The notes below the pieces were generated by a model. It did no database searches and was not told the origin of the DNA. It saw nothing but the letters and a program-made list of their open reading frames with translations. Source: an uncultured virus (IMG/VR IMGVR_UViG_3300032213_001453) (Duplodnaviria; Heunggongvirae; Uroviricota; Caudoviricetes). From it: a stretch of 64,000 bases of DNA. Positions within the stretch are counted from its first letter, which is position 1; each line of letters starts with the position of its first letter. The stretch lies in the IMG/VR virus record IMGVR_UViG_3300032213_001453. One strand, written 5' to 3'. A program made the position numbers and the translations under genes. Shown here piece after piece: positions 36,912 through 47,000 of this stretch.

Positions 36912-37681
36912 TGGCTAACCAGATCGTTGTTCAAAGAATTGATGCTCAAACGACAACTGTTGGAGCCATTGGTCCTCAGGGAGCACAAGGGCCTCAAGGA
37001 CCTCAAGGATCTCAAGGACCTATTGGCCTTGGTTATCAGGGCATTACTTCTACGACTTCGATCACTATCGGAACTGGGTCGAAAACTTTTACGTTAAATA
37101 AAATTGACGCTTTGGCTGTAGGAACAAGAGTTAGGGTAGTTAGCTCTGCAAATAGCGCAAATTTCGTTGAGGGTTCGATTACAAATGTTGCGTCTCTTAA
37201 TATCGATGTGAATGTCGATGCTACTGGTGGCACTGGAACTATTGCTAGCTGGAATATTGCTGTCGCCGGTGTTGCTGGCGCTCAAGGTCCTGCGGGGATT
37301 GTGATTCAGGCTACTGCTCCAGCCAATACTGCTTTGGCTTGGGCTGATACTACTGCTACAGGTTCTTTATTTGCCCCTTATAGAATGGCTACTTCTACTA
37401 AGTCAGCTAACTATACTTTGGCTTTGACTGATGAACAGACTTTGGTTGAAGTTTCTGCTGCTGCTACTATAACTGTTCCTACTAATGGTTCTGTAGCCTT
37501 TCCTATTGGAACTCAGATCCATCTTTTGGCTACCGGAACTGGAGCAGTTACTGTTGCTCCGTTTGATGGAACTGTCACTGTCAATGCTACTCCTAGTTTA
37601 GTTTTGAGGGCACAGTGGTCTTCTGCAACACTCATCAAACGGGCTACTAATACATGGGTTTTGATCGGTGATTTAACATGA
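36911..37681 (+). CDS. short collagen-like fibre protein
   Basis: GPQ repeats; same C-terminal domain as 34964..36427. Confidence 0.8.
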   Translation: MANQIVVQRIDAQTTTVGAIGPQGAQGPQGPQGSQGPIGLGYQGITSTTSITIGTGSKTFTLNKIDALAVGTRVRVVSSANSANFVEGSITNVASLNIDVNVDATGGTGTIASWNIAVAGVAGAQGPAGIVIQATAPANTALAWADTTATGSLFAPYRMATSTKSANYTLALTDEQTLVEVSAAATITVPTNGSVAFPIGTQIHLLATGTGAVTVAPFDGTVTVNATPSLVLRAQWSSATLIKRATNTWVLIGDLT

Positions 37682-38361
37682 TCTTGGGCGTAACAGCATC
37701 TTCGCGTGTAGCCGCTGCTGCTTCTGGTCCAGCTTTTAGATCTGTTGCTACTACTACTACAACTTCTTCTACTATGACTTGCGCTATGCCTGCTGGCTTT
37801 GCTGCTGGTGATATTCTTGTTATGCAAGTAAATATTGGCGCAGACGCAAAGACTGGTAACCCGGGATACTCTGGAGCCTACCCTCCTCCGGGATGGACAA
37901 CTCGCGCAGCCTTTGACAACTTTTCGGGCGATCTTTTTGTTATGGATGTATTCACAAAGACTGCTACTGGTTCTGAAACTTCTTTGACGTGGACGGGTGG
38001 GGCTAACTGGAATGCGGGAACTATGTCGATTATGGCGATATCTGGGGCTACAGCATTCGATGTTGTCGGTACACCTTCCGGACTTGTGGCTTCATCTGTC
38101 ACTACTACTACAGCGTCAGATTTGCTGGTGGGTTGCTGGTTTAACTGGTCATCTTCATTTTACGGTTTAGGAACATTGACTAAGCCTGCTTCAATGACTC
38201 AGAGATCTAATTTAAATGTTTTTGGTGCTCCAAATAGTGTTTACTTGAATTCACTTATGTCCACTGAAACACTGTCTGCTTCTGGTGCTACTGGCACTAG
38301 AACTGCTACTGTGGGCAACACTTTGGCATATCAAATGGGCGTTCTTTTGGCGGTGAGATAG
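37678..38361 (+). CDS. Thr/Ser/Gly-rich beta-rich virion protein (putative receptor-binding or decoration)
   Basis: MILG... start; PPGWT motif; composition. Confidence 0.55.
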   Translation: MILGVTASSRVAAAASGPAFRSVATTTTTSSTMTCAMPAGFAAGDILVMQVNIGADAKTGNPGYSGAYPPPGWTTRAAFDNFSGDLFVMDVFTKTATGSETSLTWTGGANWNAGTMSIMAISGATAFDVVGTPSGLVASSVTTTTASDLLVGCWFNWSSSFYGLGTLTKPASMTQRSNLNVFGAPNSVYLNSLMSTETLSASGATGTRTATVGNTLAYQMGVLLAVR

Positions 38362-38918
38362 TGAAGTATATTGTTGGTGGTCTTAATAGAACTGGAACTA
38401 CAGCTTTAACTTATGCTCTTTCTTTTTCATCTCAAATGCCTATTTGGTATAATAAAGATATTGAGCAAACTATCAGAAGTCGTGAAGTTGATTCATTGAA
38501 CTATAATCCGAATCCAAATACCGATTATTATGCTCATGAGTATTTAACTCAACTTGCATCCGAGTGGGTTGAGGTAGTTCCTGATGATAATGTTTTAAAA
38601 ATGTCTGTATATAATTTAACGGATCTGCCAGAAGGTGAGTGGACCATTGCTCTAACGAGCAGGTCTGTAGATGAGATGCAATTGTCCTATTTTCAGTCTT
38701 TTGGCGGATCGGTGAATCAGACGGCTATAGATATGAGAGCTTCTATAGAAGAAATTTTATCTAATCGATCTGATATTAATTTAACTATTGTAAATTATGT
38801 TGATTTGGTTAATAATTCATTAGATACATTTAACTTGTTATTAAGTAATGGATGGCCGATTAGTCCAGAAATTGCTGCATCTACTATTGATGTTAATTTG
38901 TATAGGAGTAGAATATGA
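38361..38918 (+). CDS. sulfotransferase-like P-loop protein
   Basis: N-terminal IVGGLNRTGTT resembles the PAPS-binding loop; R.......S and Y.DLV motifs. Confidence 0.55.
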   Translation: MKYIVGGLNRTGTTALTYALSFSSQMPIWYNKDIEQTIRSREVDSLNYNPNPNTDYYAHEYLTQLASEWVEVVPDDNVLKMSVYNLTDLPEGEWTIALTSRSVDEMQLSYFQSFGGSVNQTAIDMRASIEEILSNRSDINLTIVNYVDLVNNSLDTFNLLLSNGWPISPEIAASTIDVNLYRSRI

Positions 38919-39526
38919 CTGTTATAAAACTTTGGAATGGTTCCGCTTGGGTTGAAACTTCTGTTGGCGCTCAGGGGTCAGTAGGCGCTCAAGGTGCTCA
39001 AGGCCCTCAGGGTCCTCAGGGTCCTCAGGGTCCTCAAGGCCCTCAAGGTGCGGGAGTTCCAGTTGGTGGTACTACTGGTCAGTTACTTGTAAAGAATAGT
39101 GCAACAAACTACGACACTACTTGGCAGGGTGGCGTGTGGACTTCTTGGACCCCAGCGGTAACCGCTACTACTACCAATCCGAATCTCGGATCAGGCGGGT
39201 TTCTCACTACTTCCGGTGCCTATGTGCAAATCGGAAAGACGGTAATGGGCTGGGCGTTAATAATCGCAGGTAGCACTAGCGTCACTGCTGGTAGCGGAAA
39301 CTATATGTTCAGCCTTCCTGTTGCACCTGTGGCGGCCACTTTTCAGCAGCAACTAGGTAGTGCAAATAATGCTGCTCTATCGCCGTTTTTCGGGATGCTA
39401 CGACTTTCTGCTGACAACACCGCAAGAGCAGCGATTGTTATCAACAACGCTGTAATCACGGCGACATCCGCGCCAATAGCGGCAAACGTGCAGATTCGCT
39501 ATCACTTCACTTATGAAACCGCATGA
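38915..39526 (+). CDS. collagen-like fibre protein
   Basis: WNGSAW, GPQ repeats, GGTTGQ.L.K.S..NYD..W, beta-rich tip. Confidence 0.8.
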   Translation: MTVIKLWNGSAWVETSVGAQGSVGAQGAQGPQGPQGPQGPQGPQGAGVPVGGTTGQLLVKNSATNYDTTWQGGVWTSWTPAVTATTTNPNLGSGGFLTTSGAYVQIGKTVMGWALIIAGSTSVTAGSGNYMFSLPVAPVAATFQQQLGSANNAALSPFFGMLRLSADNTARAAIVINNAVITATSAPIAANVQIRYHFTYETA

Positions 39527-39641
39527 TGTTTTCTTTGATCTATTATGAAATACCATCTATGACAATTAAAGATATTGCAATTTAACATAAATTGACTTTA
39601 TGTAATATTTGATATACAATTACAAGATTGGAGGCATGATG

Positions 39642-42626
39642 ATGCACTCAGCAGATTTAAATTTTACTTTCCCATTCCAAAAGATCAATAAAGAACAGAG
39701 AATCGTAACTGGTATTGCTACAGCCGATAATCCGGATCTTGTGGATGATGTTGTAAATTTTGATGCTTCTGTAGAAGCTTTTTCCAATTGGATTGGCAAT
39801 ATTCGCGAAATGCATTCTCCAGTTGCCGTTGGAAAGCTTGTTGATTGGAAGCCCGTCCCGGTAGTATTTGAGGGTGAAACTTATCAGGGTATTGAAGTTT
39901 CCGTATATATCTCAAAGGGCGCTGAAAACACTTGGCAGAAGATTCTTGACGGCACCCTTCGCGGCTTTTCTATTGGTGGCAATGTCGTAAGGGCAGAGAA
40001 GAAAAAATCCGAAAAGCTTGGCCGATATATTAACGAAATTGTTAATTATAAACTTGGTGAACTTAGTGTCGTTGATAATCCATGCAATCCTGCTGGTATG
40101 TTCGCAATGATCAAGAGTATTGATGGTGAGCTTGAGTATGTTGCTGAAGATATGCAGGATGTTTATTATTGTGAAGAAGATGCTTACACTTCAATTGGCG
40201 GGGATAGCGTTTGCCCTGTATGTGAAGATGAAATGCTTATCGTTGGAAAAGCTCAAGAATATGATGAAATTCTAGTTAACAAGCTTTATGAAGCTATTAA
40301 TGATTCTTTTCAGAAGGCTCTTTCTGACATTGATACTGTTCCTACAGATGCTATGGCTGCGGAAGCGCGCCGAGGTCTTGAGTGGAGAAAAGAATTTAAT
40401 CGTGGCGGAACTCCTGTTGGTGTAGCTAGAGCTAGAGATATTATGAATAAAGATACTCTGAGCATTTCGACTGTTAAAAGAATGCACTCATTCTTCTCTC
40501 GTCATGAGGTTGATAAGCAAGGTAGGGGGTTCACTCCCGGCGATGGTTATCCTAGCGCTGGAAGAATCGCTTGGGCTTTGTGGGGCGGAGATCCCGGCCA
40601 AACTTGGGCGCGCGCTATTACTAATAGAATTAAAGCTATGGACAAGGGTGTTGGCACTGATGTCGATGGTATGAGTGTTGAAGATCCCGGAGATGGTATG
40701 TCGAAGGCAATGCCTAGAGTTGGAAACTTTGTTTCTTGGAATTCTTCTGGCGGTACTGCTCGCGGCAAAGTGGTTAGAATTCAAAATAGCGGATCTGTGA
40801 ATGTTCCAGATTCTGATTTCTCTATAAATGGAAGTGAAGAAGACCCCGCTCTTTTGATACAGATCTGGAAAGAGACGAGTGACGGATGGGCTGCTACTGA
40901 GACTGTCGTAGGACATCGATCTTCCACGGTTTCTATTATTGCAGCTTTGGATAAATCTGTCGATACTGCGTCAGTTGGCGCAGGAGGCGGCGGCATTAAA
41001 AAGCCTCAGCAGGGAATTTATGATGATGATGAAATGAATAAAGCAGTGACTAAGCGCGAAGACGGGGAAGATTTTCCCGCCGCTGCCTTTGCTTACGTTC
41101 CGGATTCAGAAAAGCCTTCAACTTGGAAGTTGAGACTTTGGGATAGTATTTCTCAAAAAGAAACAGTAACTCAGGTTTCTAGAGCGGCTACTGCGCTTAC
41201 TTCGGCGGGATTCAGAGGGAATCAAGTTCAGATTCCTTCTGGAGATTTGCCAAAGGTTAAGGAAAAAATTCGTGCTGCTTGGCGTAGAGTCAATGGACCT
41301 GATCGCGAGTTGCCGACTGTCTTGAAGGAGACGGGATTAAATATGGAAAATAATATTAATAAGATGATGCCCATGCCAAATGGCATGGACTTACAGGTTA
41401 TTAATTCTCTGAGAAAGTCAGTGTCGGATGCACTGGTTATGTATTCTCATGCTCATGGTTATCACTGGAATGTAAGAGGTGATGACTTTGCTGTCTATCA
41501 CAGTCTTTTCGGTGAAATTTATGATGACGTTTTTAGTAGTGTAGATCCATTGGCTGAATATATTGTTAAGCTTGGTGGAGTTGCTCCAAAGAGCATTACT
41601 GAATCCATTGCAAATGCAACTCTAGCAGATGCAGTCGTTGATTCAGTTGATCCTCAGTATATGGTGCAGGCATTGGCTAGAGACAATGATGCAGTTCTTG
41701 ACACATTGAATGTAGCTTTTCAGGTTGCAGCAAATGCAAATCAGCAGGGTCTTGCAAATTTCCTTGCCGAAAGAATTGATAGTCATCAAAAGTGGGCTTG
41801 GCAATTAAAAGTCTCAGATGAAGTTTATGAAACTGAAGATATTGGAGAGGAAGTTATGGTATCAAAAAATAATAATGATTTGCAATTAGCAAAAAACTAT
41901 GCTACTATCAATGATATGTCTCAAGAAGATTTCACTGATATGCAAAAAGAAACTATTCTGTCCAAGCTTGGCAATTTCCTTTTCGGTAAGGAAACTGTTG
42001 AGAAGGGACAGGTTGTTGATGTTACTAGCATGAATCACAATCTTAGAATTGTTTCTGAGGGCAACATGGATAATGCTCCTAGAGTAACTATCAATGTTGG
42101 TGGAGGAATGCTTGAAGAAAGTGTTGGAGACACCACGCCCAAGATGGAAGTTATTAATTCTACGTCGTCCTCAAATGTTTCTGGTGGCGACGAAGCTCTG
42201 ACAGGTCAGGGTCCCGGAGAGTACGCTCTCCAGACTGTGAAGAAGTCGGAAGATGGAGAAGATGTCTCATTTAATGATGAGACTCCAGAAGGAGAAGAAG
42301 AAATGGATTTTGAGAAGGTACTTGATGGAATAAGCGCTCTTCTTGATGAGAAGCTTGAAAAGGTCAAGGCTGACATTACAGCAGAGGTAGACGGAAAGAT
42401 CGATGCCATCGAAAAGTCCGTTTCTGAGGTAAAGGATTCCGCCGAAGAGCTTTCAAGTGATCTTGAGAAGGTTGCTAATTCAGGTGCAGAAAAGAAGTCG
42501 GTTGACGTAGATGCCGATGATATTGCAGATGGTGAGACTCTCGAAAAGAGTGTTGAGTCGGAAAGCTTTTGGGGCGGAATGTTCGTCCCTGCCGAGATCG
42601 TTAAGGTCTTAGGCTACAATTCATGA
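39642..42626 (+). CDS. multidomain prohead protease/scaffold polyprotein including a Dps-like domain
   Basis: HK97-type protease motifs (REMH, GFSIGG, ELSVVDNPCNP), extra domains, acidic coiled-coil C-terminus; directly upstream of capsid. Confidence 0.85.
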   Translation: MHSADLNFTFPFQKINKEQRIVTGIATADNPDLVDDVVNFDASVEAFSNWIGNIREMHSPVAVGKLVDWKPVPVVFEGETYQGIEVSVYISKGAENTWQKILDGTLRGFSIGGNVVRAEKKKSEKLGRYINEIVNYKLGELSVVDNPCNPAGMFAMIKSIDGELEYVAEDMQDVYYCEEDAYTSIGGDSVCPVCEDEMLIVGKAQEYDEILVNKLYEAINDSFQKALSDIDTVPTDAMAAEARRGLEWRKEFNRGGTPVGVARARDIMNKDTLSISTVKRMHSFFSRHEVDKQGRGFTPGDGYPSAGRIAWALWGGDPGQTWARAITNRIKAMDKGVGTDVDGMSVEDPGDGMSKAMPRVGNFVSWNSSGGTARGKVVRIQNSGSVNVPDSDFSINGSEEDPALLIQIWKETSDGWAATETVVGHRSSTVSIIAALDKSVDTASVGAGGGGIKKPQQGIYDDDEMNKAVTKREDGEDFPAAAFAYVPDSEKPSTWKLRLWDSISQKETVTQVSRAATALTSAGFRGNQVQIPSGDLPKVKEKIRAAWRRVNGPDRELPTVLKETGLNMENNINKMMPMPNGMDLQVINSLRKSVSDALVMYSHAHGYHWNVRGDDFAVYHSLFGEIYDDVFSSVDPLAEYIVKLGGVAPKSITESIANATLADAVVDSVDPQYMVQALARDNDAVLDTLNVAFQVAANANQQGLANFLAERIDSHQKWAWQLKVSDEVYETEDIGEEVMVSKNNNDLQLAKNYATINDMSQEDFTDMQKETILSKLGNFLFGKETVEKGQVVDVTSMNHNLRIVSEGNMDNAPRVTINVGGGMLEESVGDTTPKMEVINSTSSSNVSGGDEALTGQGPGEYALQTVKKSEDGEDVSFNDETPEGEEEMDFEKVLDGISALLDEKLEKVKADITAEVDGKIDAIEKSVSEVKDSAEELSSDLEKVANSGAEKKSVDVDADDIADGETLEKSVESESFWGGMFVPAEIVKVLGYNS

Positions 42627-42639
42627 CTAATGGAGGTGA

Positions 42640-43707
42640 ATGATGAGCAGTAGAGATCTTTTAGAAAAGGTTATTAACACAACACAGATTGGCGCCGGTA
42701 CAGGCGGTATTCTGAAGCCCAGACAGGCTAATCGCTTTATTGATTACCTGTTTGATCAGTCAGTCCTTATGAAGACGGCTCGTATCGTTCGTATGAACGC
42801 TCCGACTGTTGAGATCGATAAGGTTGACATTGGCCAGCGCATCATGCGTAAGGCTACTGAAGGTACGGATGACGGCAGCAATGCTGATCCCACTTTCACC
42901 AAGGTTTCTATGACGACTGTTAAACTTCGTCTTGACTGGGAACTTACAACTGAAGGCCTTGAGGACAATATCGAAGGCGATTCTCTGGAGGACCATGTAG
43001 CTTCGCTTATGGCTCGCCAGACCGCTAACGATCTTGAGGACCTTTACATCAATGGCAGCACTGCTCTTACCGCAGATCCGCTGTATAAGGCACTTAATGG
43101 CTTCAAGGTTCTTGCTCGTACCAGTGGCGTTGTTGTTGACGCTGCCGGTGGCAACCTTACCCGTTCAACCTTCGACAAGGCCCTTCGTGCCCTGCCGAAC
43201 AAGTACCTTCAGCGTCGTTCGCAGCTTGCTTTCTCAACATCTAGCTCGCTGCTTCAGGACTACATCTGGAGTCTTTCGCTTGACGCTACGGCTAACGCTA
43301 CCTACAACCCCGGTGGCGGTGCTGGTACCACTGGTTCCGGCTTTGGTGCTGCTGCTGGTTCCCTTCTTGGCGATGCTATCGTCAATCAGGGCATGGGCGG
43401 TGCAGGTGGTGGCGCTGGTACGGATTATGTCAATGGCATTCGTCCGTTCGGCATCCCGCTGCTTGAGGTTCCTCTTTACCCTGAAACTGAGACTGGCACT
43501 TATACTGCTGCCTCAGGCAATCATGGTATCGTTGAACTTACGTTCCCGCAGAACCGTATTATCGGCATTCAGCGTGACATCACGGTTTACCGTGAGTTCA
43601 AGCCCAAGAAGGACACGATTGAATACACTCAGTTTATCCGAGTTGCCAATCAGATCGAAAACGCCGCTGCTTACGTTCACGTAAGAAATGTCAAGGTGCG
43701 TAGTTAG
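42640..43707 (+). CDS. major capsid protein (HK97 fold)
   Basis: GG.L.P.QA.RFI, LEDNIEG, DLEDL..NG motifs; position; biased codon usage. Confidence 0.9.
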   Translation: MMSSRDLLEKVINTTQIGAGTGGILKPRQANRFIDYLFDQSVLMKTARIVRMNAPTVEIDKVDIGQRIMRKATEGTDDGSNADPTFTKVSMTTVKLRLDWELTTEGLEDNIEGDSLEDHVASLMARQTANDLEDLYINGSTALTADPLYKALNGFKVLARTSGVVVDAAGGNLTRSTFDKALRALPNKYLQRRSQLAFSTSSSLLQDYIWSLSLDATANATYNPGGGAGTTGSGFGAAAGSLLGDAIVNQGMGGAGGGAGTDYVNGIRPFGIPLLEVPLYPETETGTYTAASGNHGIVELTFPQNRIIGIQRDITVYREFKPKKDTIEYTQFIRVANQIENAAAYVHVRNVKVRS

Positions 43708-43782
43708 CTCTTAACGTCATAAGTTGACGCAAACTAGATCACTGTGTTATAATGGCCTCCTAGCAATAGGAGGCCATTATTC

Positions 43783-44286
43783 ATGTCTAGAAAAATTCTG
43801 ACAGAGCAAAGTGTGACTGAAATATTAAATTTACGCAATTCCGGTATAAGTTACACAAATATCTCTAAACAAGTTGGCAGAACTCACAAGACCGTCAAAA
43901 GAATATGTGAAGAAAATGGAGTTGAACATATTGATAGACGTTATGGCCAGCATAATATTCATTGGGTTGGGGGATCTAGATCTATAGATAAAAATGGTTA
44001 TGTCAATATTTATTTATCTAAAGATCATCCTTTTTATGAAGCAATGAAAACTAGACGACAAACTATTATGGAGCATCGTTTAGTAATGGCAGAACATATT
44101 GGGCGTCCACTCAAATCCCATGAAAATGTCCATCACATTAACGGAAATCGCTCAGATAATAGAATTGAGAACTTGGAGCTTTGGAGTAAACTGCAGCCTA
44201 CGGGGCAACGTATTGAGGATAAGGTAGAATTCGCTTTAGAGATACTTTCTCTCTATCGCCCGGAAGCACTCAAGGTTCGTTCATAA
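43783..44286 (+). CDS. HNH homing endonuclease with N-terminal HTH
   Basis: EHRLVMAEHIGRPL...VHHINGNRSDNRIENL. Confidence 0.9.
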   Translation: MSRKILTEQSVTEILNLRNSGISYTNISKQVGRTHKTVKRICEENGVEHIDRRYGQHNIHWVGGSRSIDKNGYVNIYLSKDHPFYEAMKTRRQTIMEHRLVMAEHIGRPLKSHENVHHINGNRSDNRIENLELWSKLQPTGQRIEDKVEFALEILSLYRPEALKVRS

Positions 44287-44358
44287 CTTTTGTCACAAAA
44301 TTGTGATATACTTTGGCCGGGGAGAAATCCCCGGCTTTAGTATTTTTTAGGAGAAAAA

Positions 44359-44688
44359 ATGACTGATGAAACTGTTGAAGTTGTAGAGAATGTTGTGAAG
44401 AAGGAAGCAACAAAGCGCGTTGCTCGTAAGAAGGTGGAAACTGCTGAGCAGATTCTTGATGCCACTCCCAATATCTCTGATGATCCTCTTGCTGCTCTTA
44501 ATATTGAGAAGATTATGGTTAAAATGAACTTCGGGGAAGCTTATTATTCACCCAATGTTGAGTTCACCAAGGCCGATCCGTTTCAGCTTGTTGAGCCTTT
44601 AGAGGCGAATTATCTTATTAATGAGTACCCAAATAAGTTTGTTATTGCTAGCAAAAAGATGGTTGAAGACTTCTATAAACTTGGTTAA
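44359..44688 (+). CDS. hypothetical head-region protein
   Basis: AGGAG RBS; TGTGATATACT promoter. Confidence 0.6.
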   Translation: MTDETVEVVENVVKKEATKRVARKKVETAEQILDATPNISDDPLAALNIEKIMVKMNFGEAYYSPNVEFTKADPFQLVEPLEANYLINEYPNKFVIASKKMVEDFYKLG

Positions 44689-44715
44689 AAAAGAGGATAG
44701 TGTTATAATCTGTAT

Positions 44716-45588
44716 ATGAACACTTATGAATCTTACTCTTCTGTAACTCAATCATATAGCTTCCCTTCTGCCCCAACTGCTGGCACAATTAAGGTTTCTG
44801 TTTATTATGAGAATGACGAACTTCTTGTAGATTCTGCAACTCCCACTTTGGTTAGTGGAACTACTTATCAGTATGCTTTAAATCCAGATATTCTGGGATC
44901 TTTTGGTACATACTCTTTGAAGTGGCAAGCGACTATATCTAGTAGCGCATTTTATGATTTTACTGAGTTTAAAATTGAGGACTCATATGTAGCTTTAGCA
45001 GATTTTGTTGCTGAGTATCCAGAGTTTGATCTTCCGGAATATACAGCAAGATATGCTTCTATTGAAAAAATGGCTAGGAGAATTGTTGATACTTACACTG
45101 GCCAAAATTTTCAGTTTGTTAAAAATAAGTTAAAGAAATATGATGGCAACAACAGAGAGCAAATCTACCTTAACTCTAGATTAGTTTCTTTTTCAAGTGT
45201 CTTTATTGATGAATCTGATTATACCGACAAAGTTGCTTTCGATCTCAGGAGCAGATATTACTTAAGACTGTTACAGCAGTATCCGTATCCCGATAGTCGT
45301 CGTGATGATTTGTATCCGGCTATCTTTACAAATAGAGCTATTGTTTATGTGACGGGTGATTGGGGATGGCCCACTGTTCCTTGGGAGATTCAGCAGGCAA
45401 TGTCTTTGTTGATGACTGATCTTTTCAATGATGTTAAAAGAGAAAGTCGTCGTTATGGTGTAACTAGAATGGATCAAGATACTTTGAGACTTCAGTTCGA
45501 TCCATCTATCTTTAATTCGACGGGCAATATCGATGTCGATACTTTGCTTATGGACTTTGTTCTTTGGAATATGGATTATGTCTATTAA
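44716..45588 (+). CDS. head-tail connector (adaptor)
   Basis: A..IVD.YTGQ.F, G.WGW..VP..I..A, TG...VD.LL. Confidence 0.75.
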   Translation: MNTYESYSSVTQSYSFPSAPTAGTIKVSVYYENDELLVDSATPTLVSGTTYQYALNPDILGSFGTYSLKWQATISSSAFYDFTEFKIEDSYVALADFVAEYPEFDLPEYTARYASIEKMARRIVDTYTGQNFQFVKNKLKKYDGNNREQIYLNSRLVSFSSVFIDESDYTDKVAFDLRSRYYLRLLQQYPYPDSRRDDLYPAIFTNRAIVYVTGDWGWPTVPWEIQQAMSLLMTDLFNDVKRESRRYGVTRMDQDTLRLQFDPSIFNSTGNIDVDTLLMDFVLWNMDYVY

Positions 45589-45958
45589 TAAATCTTTTAT
45601 TAGATTAAGCCACCGGGTTGATCTTTATAGCAGAGTGACGACCAAAAATGATATGGGTCAAAATAAGGCTTCTTGGAACCTTGAGACTAGCTCTCAGGTT
45701 TGCTCCTATGTGCCCTCAGGGTCCTCTACAGCGATCCGAGTGTCTCCTACGGTAGAAGAGGCCGACTATTATACAATCTTCTTTCCACACGACGCTGACA
45801 TAAGTTACTCAACAAGATTTAAAAACCTTAGAACAATTGTTGGCGATAATATAATAGACTCTCGGTATATGCAGGTAATTCAGATTGACAAGAATGTTTC
45901 GCTTAGCGGACAGATTCAGCATATTCAAGTCAAGGTTAAGACGGTGATTGAGCCATGA
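45578..45958 (+). CDS. head closure (stopper) protein
   Basis: Synteny, size, ND.GQ motif. Confidence 0.6.
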   Translation: MSINKSFIRLSHRVDLYSRVTTKNDMGQNKASWNLETSSQVCSYVPSGSSTAIRVSPTVEEADYYTIFFPHDADISYSTRFKNLRTIVGDNIIDSRYMQVIQIDKNVSLSGQIQHIQVKVKTVIEP

Positions 45959-46359
45959 GTATCGATAATATTAAGGCTGCGGACACAATTGCACAAAGAG
46001 TTGATAATCAAAGAACTCGTATAAATGTTAAAAAAACTCAACTTGCGTTTACTGTCAAGAATTCTATTATGAATAATTTGCAGGAAGCTATTGGAGATAA
46101 AGCAAAGCACTTTGTTGTGGTAGTTGAGTCAGATACAAGAGGCTTAAAGATCTGCGTAAAGACAAAAGATGCAGTTGGACAATATATATATTACGGGACG
46201 AAGGGACATTCGATCACTTCTCCAGAGCCTATGCCAGTAGGCAATGACAATTTCGCTAGGTCAGCCTCACATCCCGGAACCAAAGCACTTAAACCTGAGA
46301 TTGATCAGGCAGTGAAAACTGCTTTGGCTCATGCAAAGATGATTGCGAGGTCATTGTGA
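45955..46359 (+). CDS. neck/tail-completion protein
   Basis: YGT.GH.I...HPGT motif; synteny. Confidence 0.6.
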   Translation: MSIDNIKAADTIAQRVDNQRTRINVKKTQLAFTVKNSIMNNLQEAIGDKAKHFVVVVESDTRGLKICVKTKDAVGQYIYYGTKGHSITSPEPMPVGNDNFARSASHPGTKALKPEIDQAVKTALAHAKMIARSL

Positions 46360-46763
46360 TAGGCGTAGATATAAATCCGGCTTTGCAGTCATATTTCTCC
46401 GATCATGGATATGATGGAATGTCTATTACTCCTTTGGCGGGGTATAGGGATTCTCCTGCTCCCTTTGTAGTTTGGGAAGAGTCAACATCTACTAGAAACT
46501 CTGAACAGTTCTGGCTTAGAGAGTCTGCTTTGACGTATTACGTTTACGATACAGATCTTAGCCGAGCTAAAGACATTGCCAAGGTTATTGAAAATTTTCT
46601 TCACGTTGGCGATGGAATATCCCCAATTAAGGCCAGAATGATCTCTCCAGTTTATCGACTCTGCTGGTGCAGAATGGCAAATGGCGGGATGTTTTCGGCA
46701 CTAGAGCGTGAGGGATTTGCAAGTATTGTCAGGTCTTTTGAGGTTGGATATCTTGAGATATAA
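46356..46763 (+). CDS. tail terminator protein
   Basis: PFVV motif; synteny before tail tube. Confidence 0.55.
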   Translation: MIGVDINPALQSYFSDHGYDGMSITPLAGYRDSPAPFVVWEESTSTRNSEQFWLRESALTYYVYDTDLSRAKDIAKVIENFLHVGDGISPIKARMISPVYRLCWCRMANGGMFSALEREGFASIVRSFEVGYLEI

Positions 46764-46792
46764 TTGCTTTATAAGAAAATGGAAGTTATCCT

Positions 46793-46984
46793 ATGTATAG
46801 AGCAATAACCTATATTGGCAAAGGCTCTGGCAAGATAGTGAGATTTAAAAATAAGGTCTATGAGTTTGAGTGGCAAAAATCCAAAGGGATTGGTGGCCGC
46901 TCTGATGAAGTTGAGTTCGATCATGCGATGAAACTCGCAAAGAGAAGAACCAAAAAAGGTAAAAATTTATTTATTCTAGAATAG
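46793..46984 (+). CDS. small basic protein
   Basis: 63-aa ORF. Confidence 0.5.
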   Translation: MYRAITYIGKGSGKIVRFKNKVYEFEWQKSKGIGGRSDEVEFDHAMKLAKRRTKKGKNLFILE

Positions 46985-47000
46985 GAATAGGAGGAAAGAA

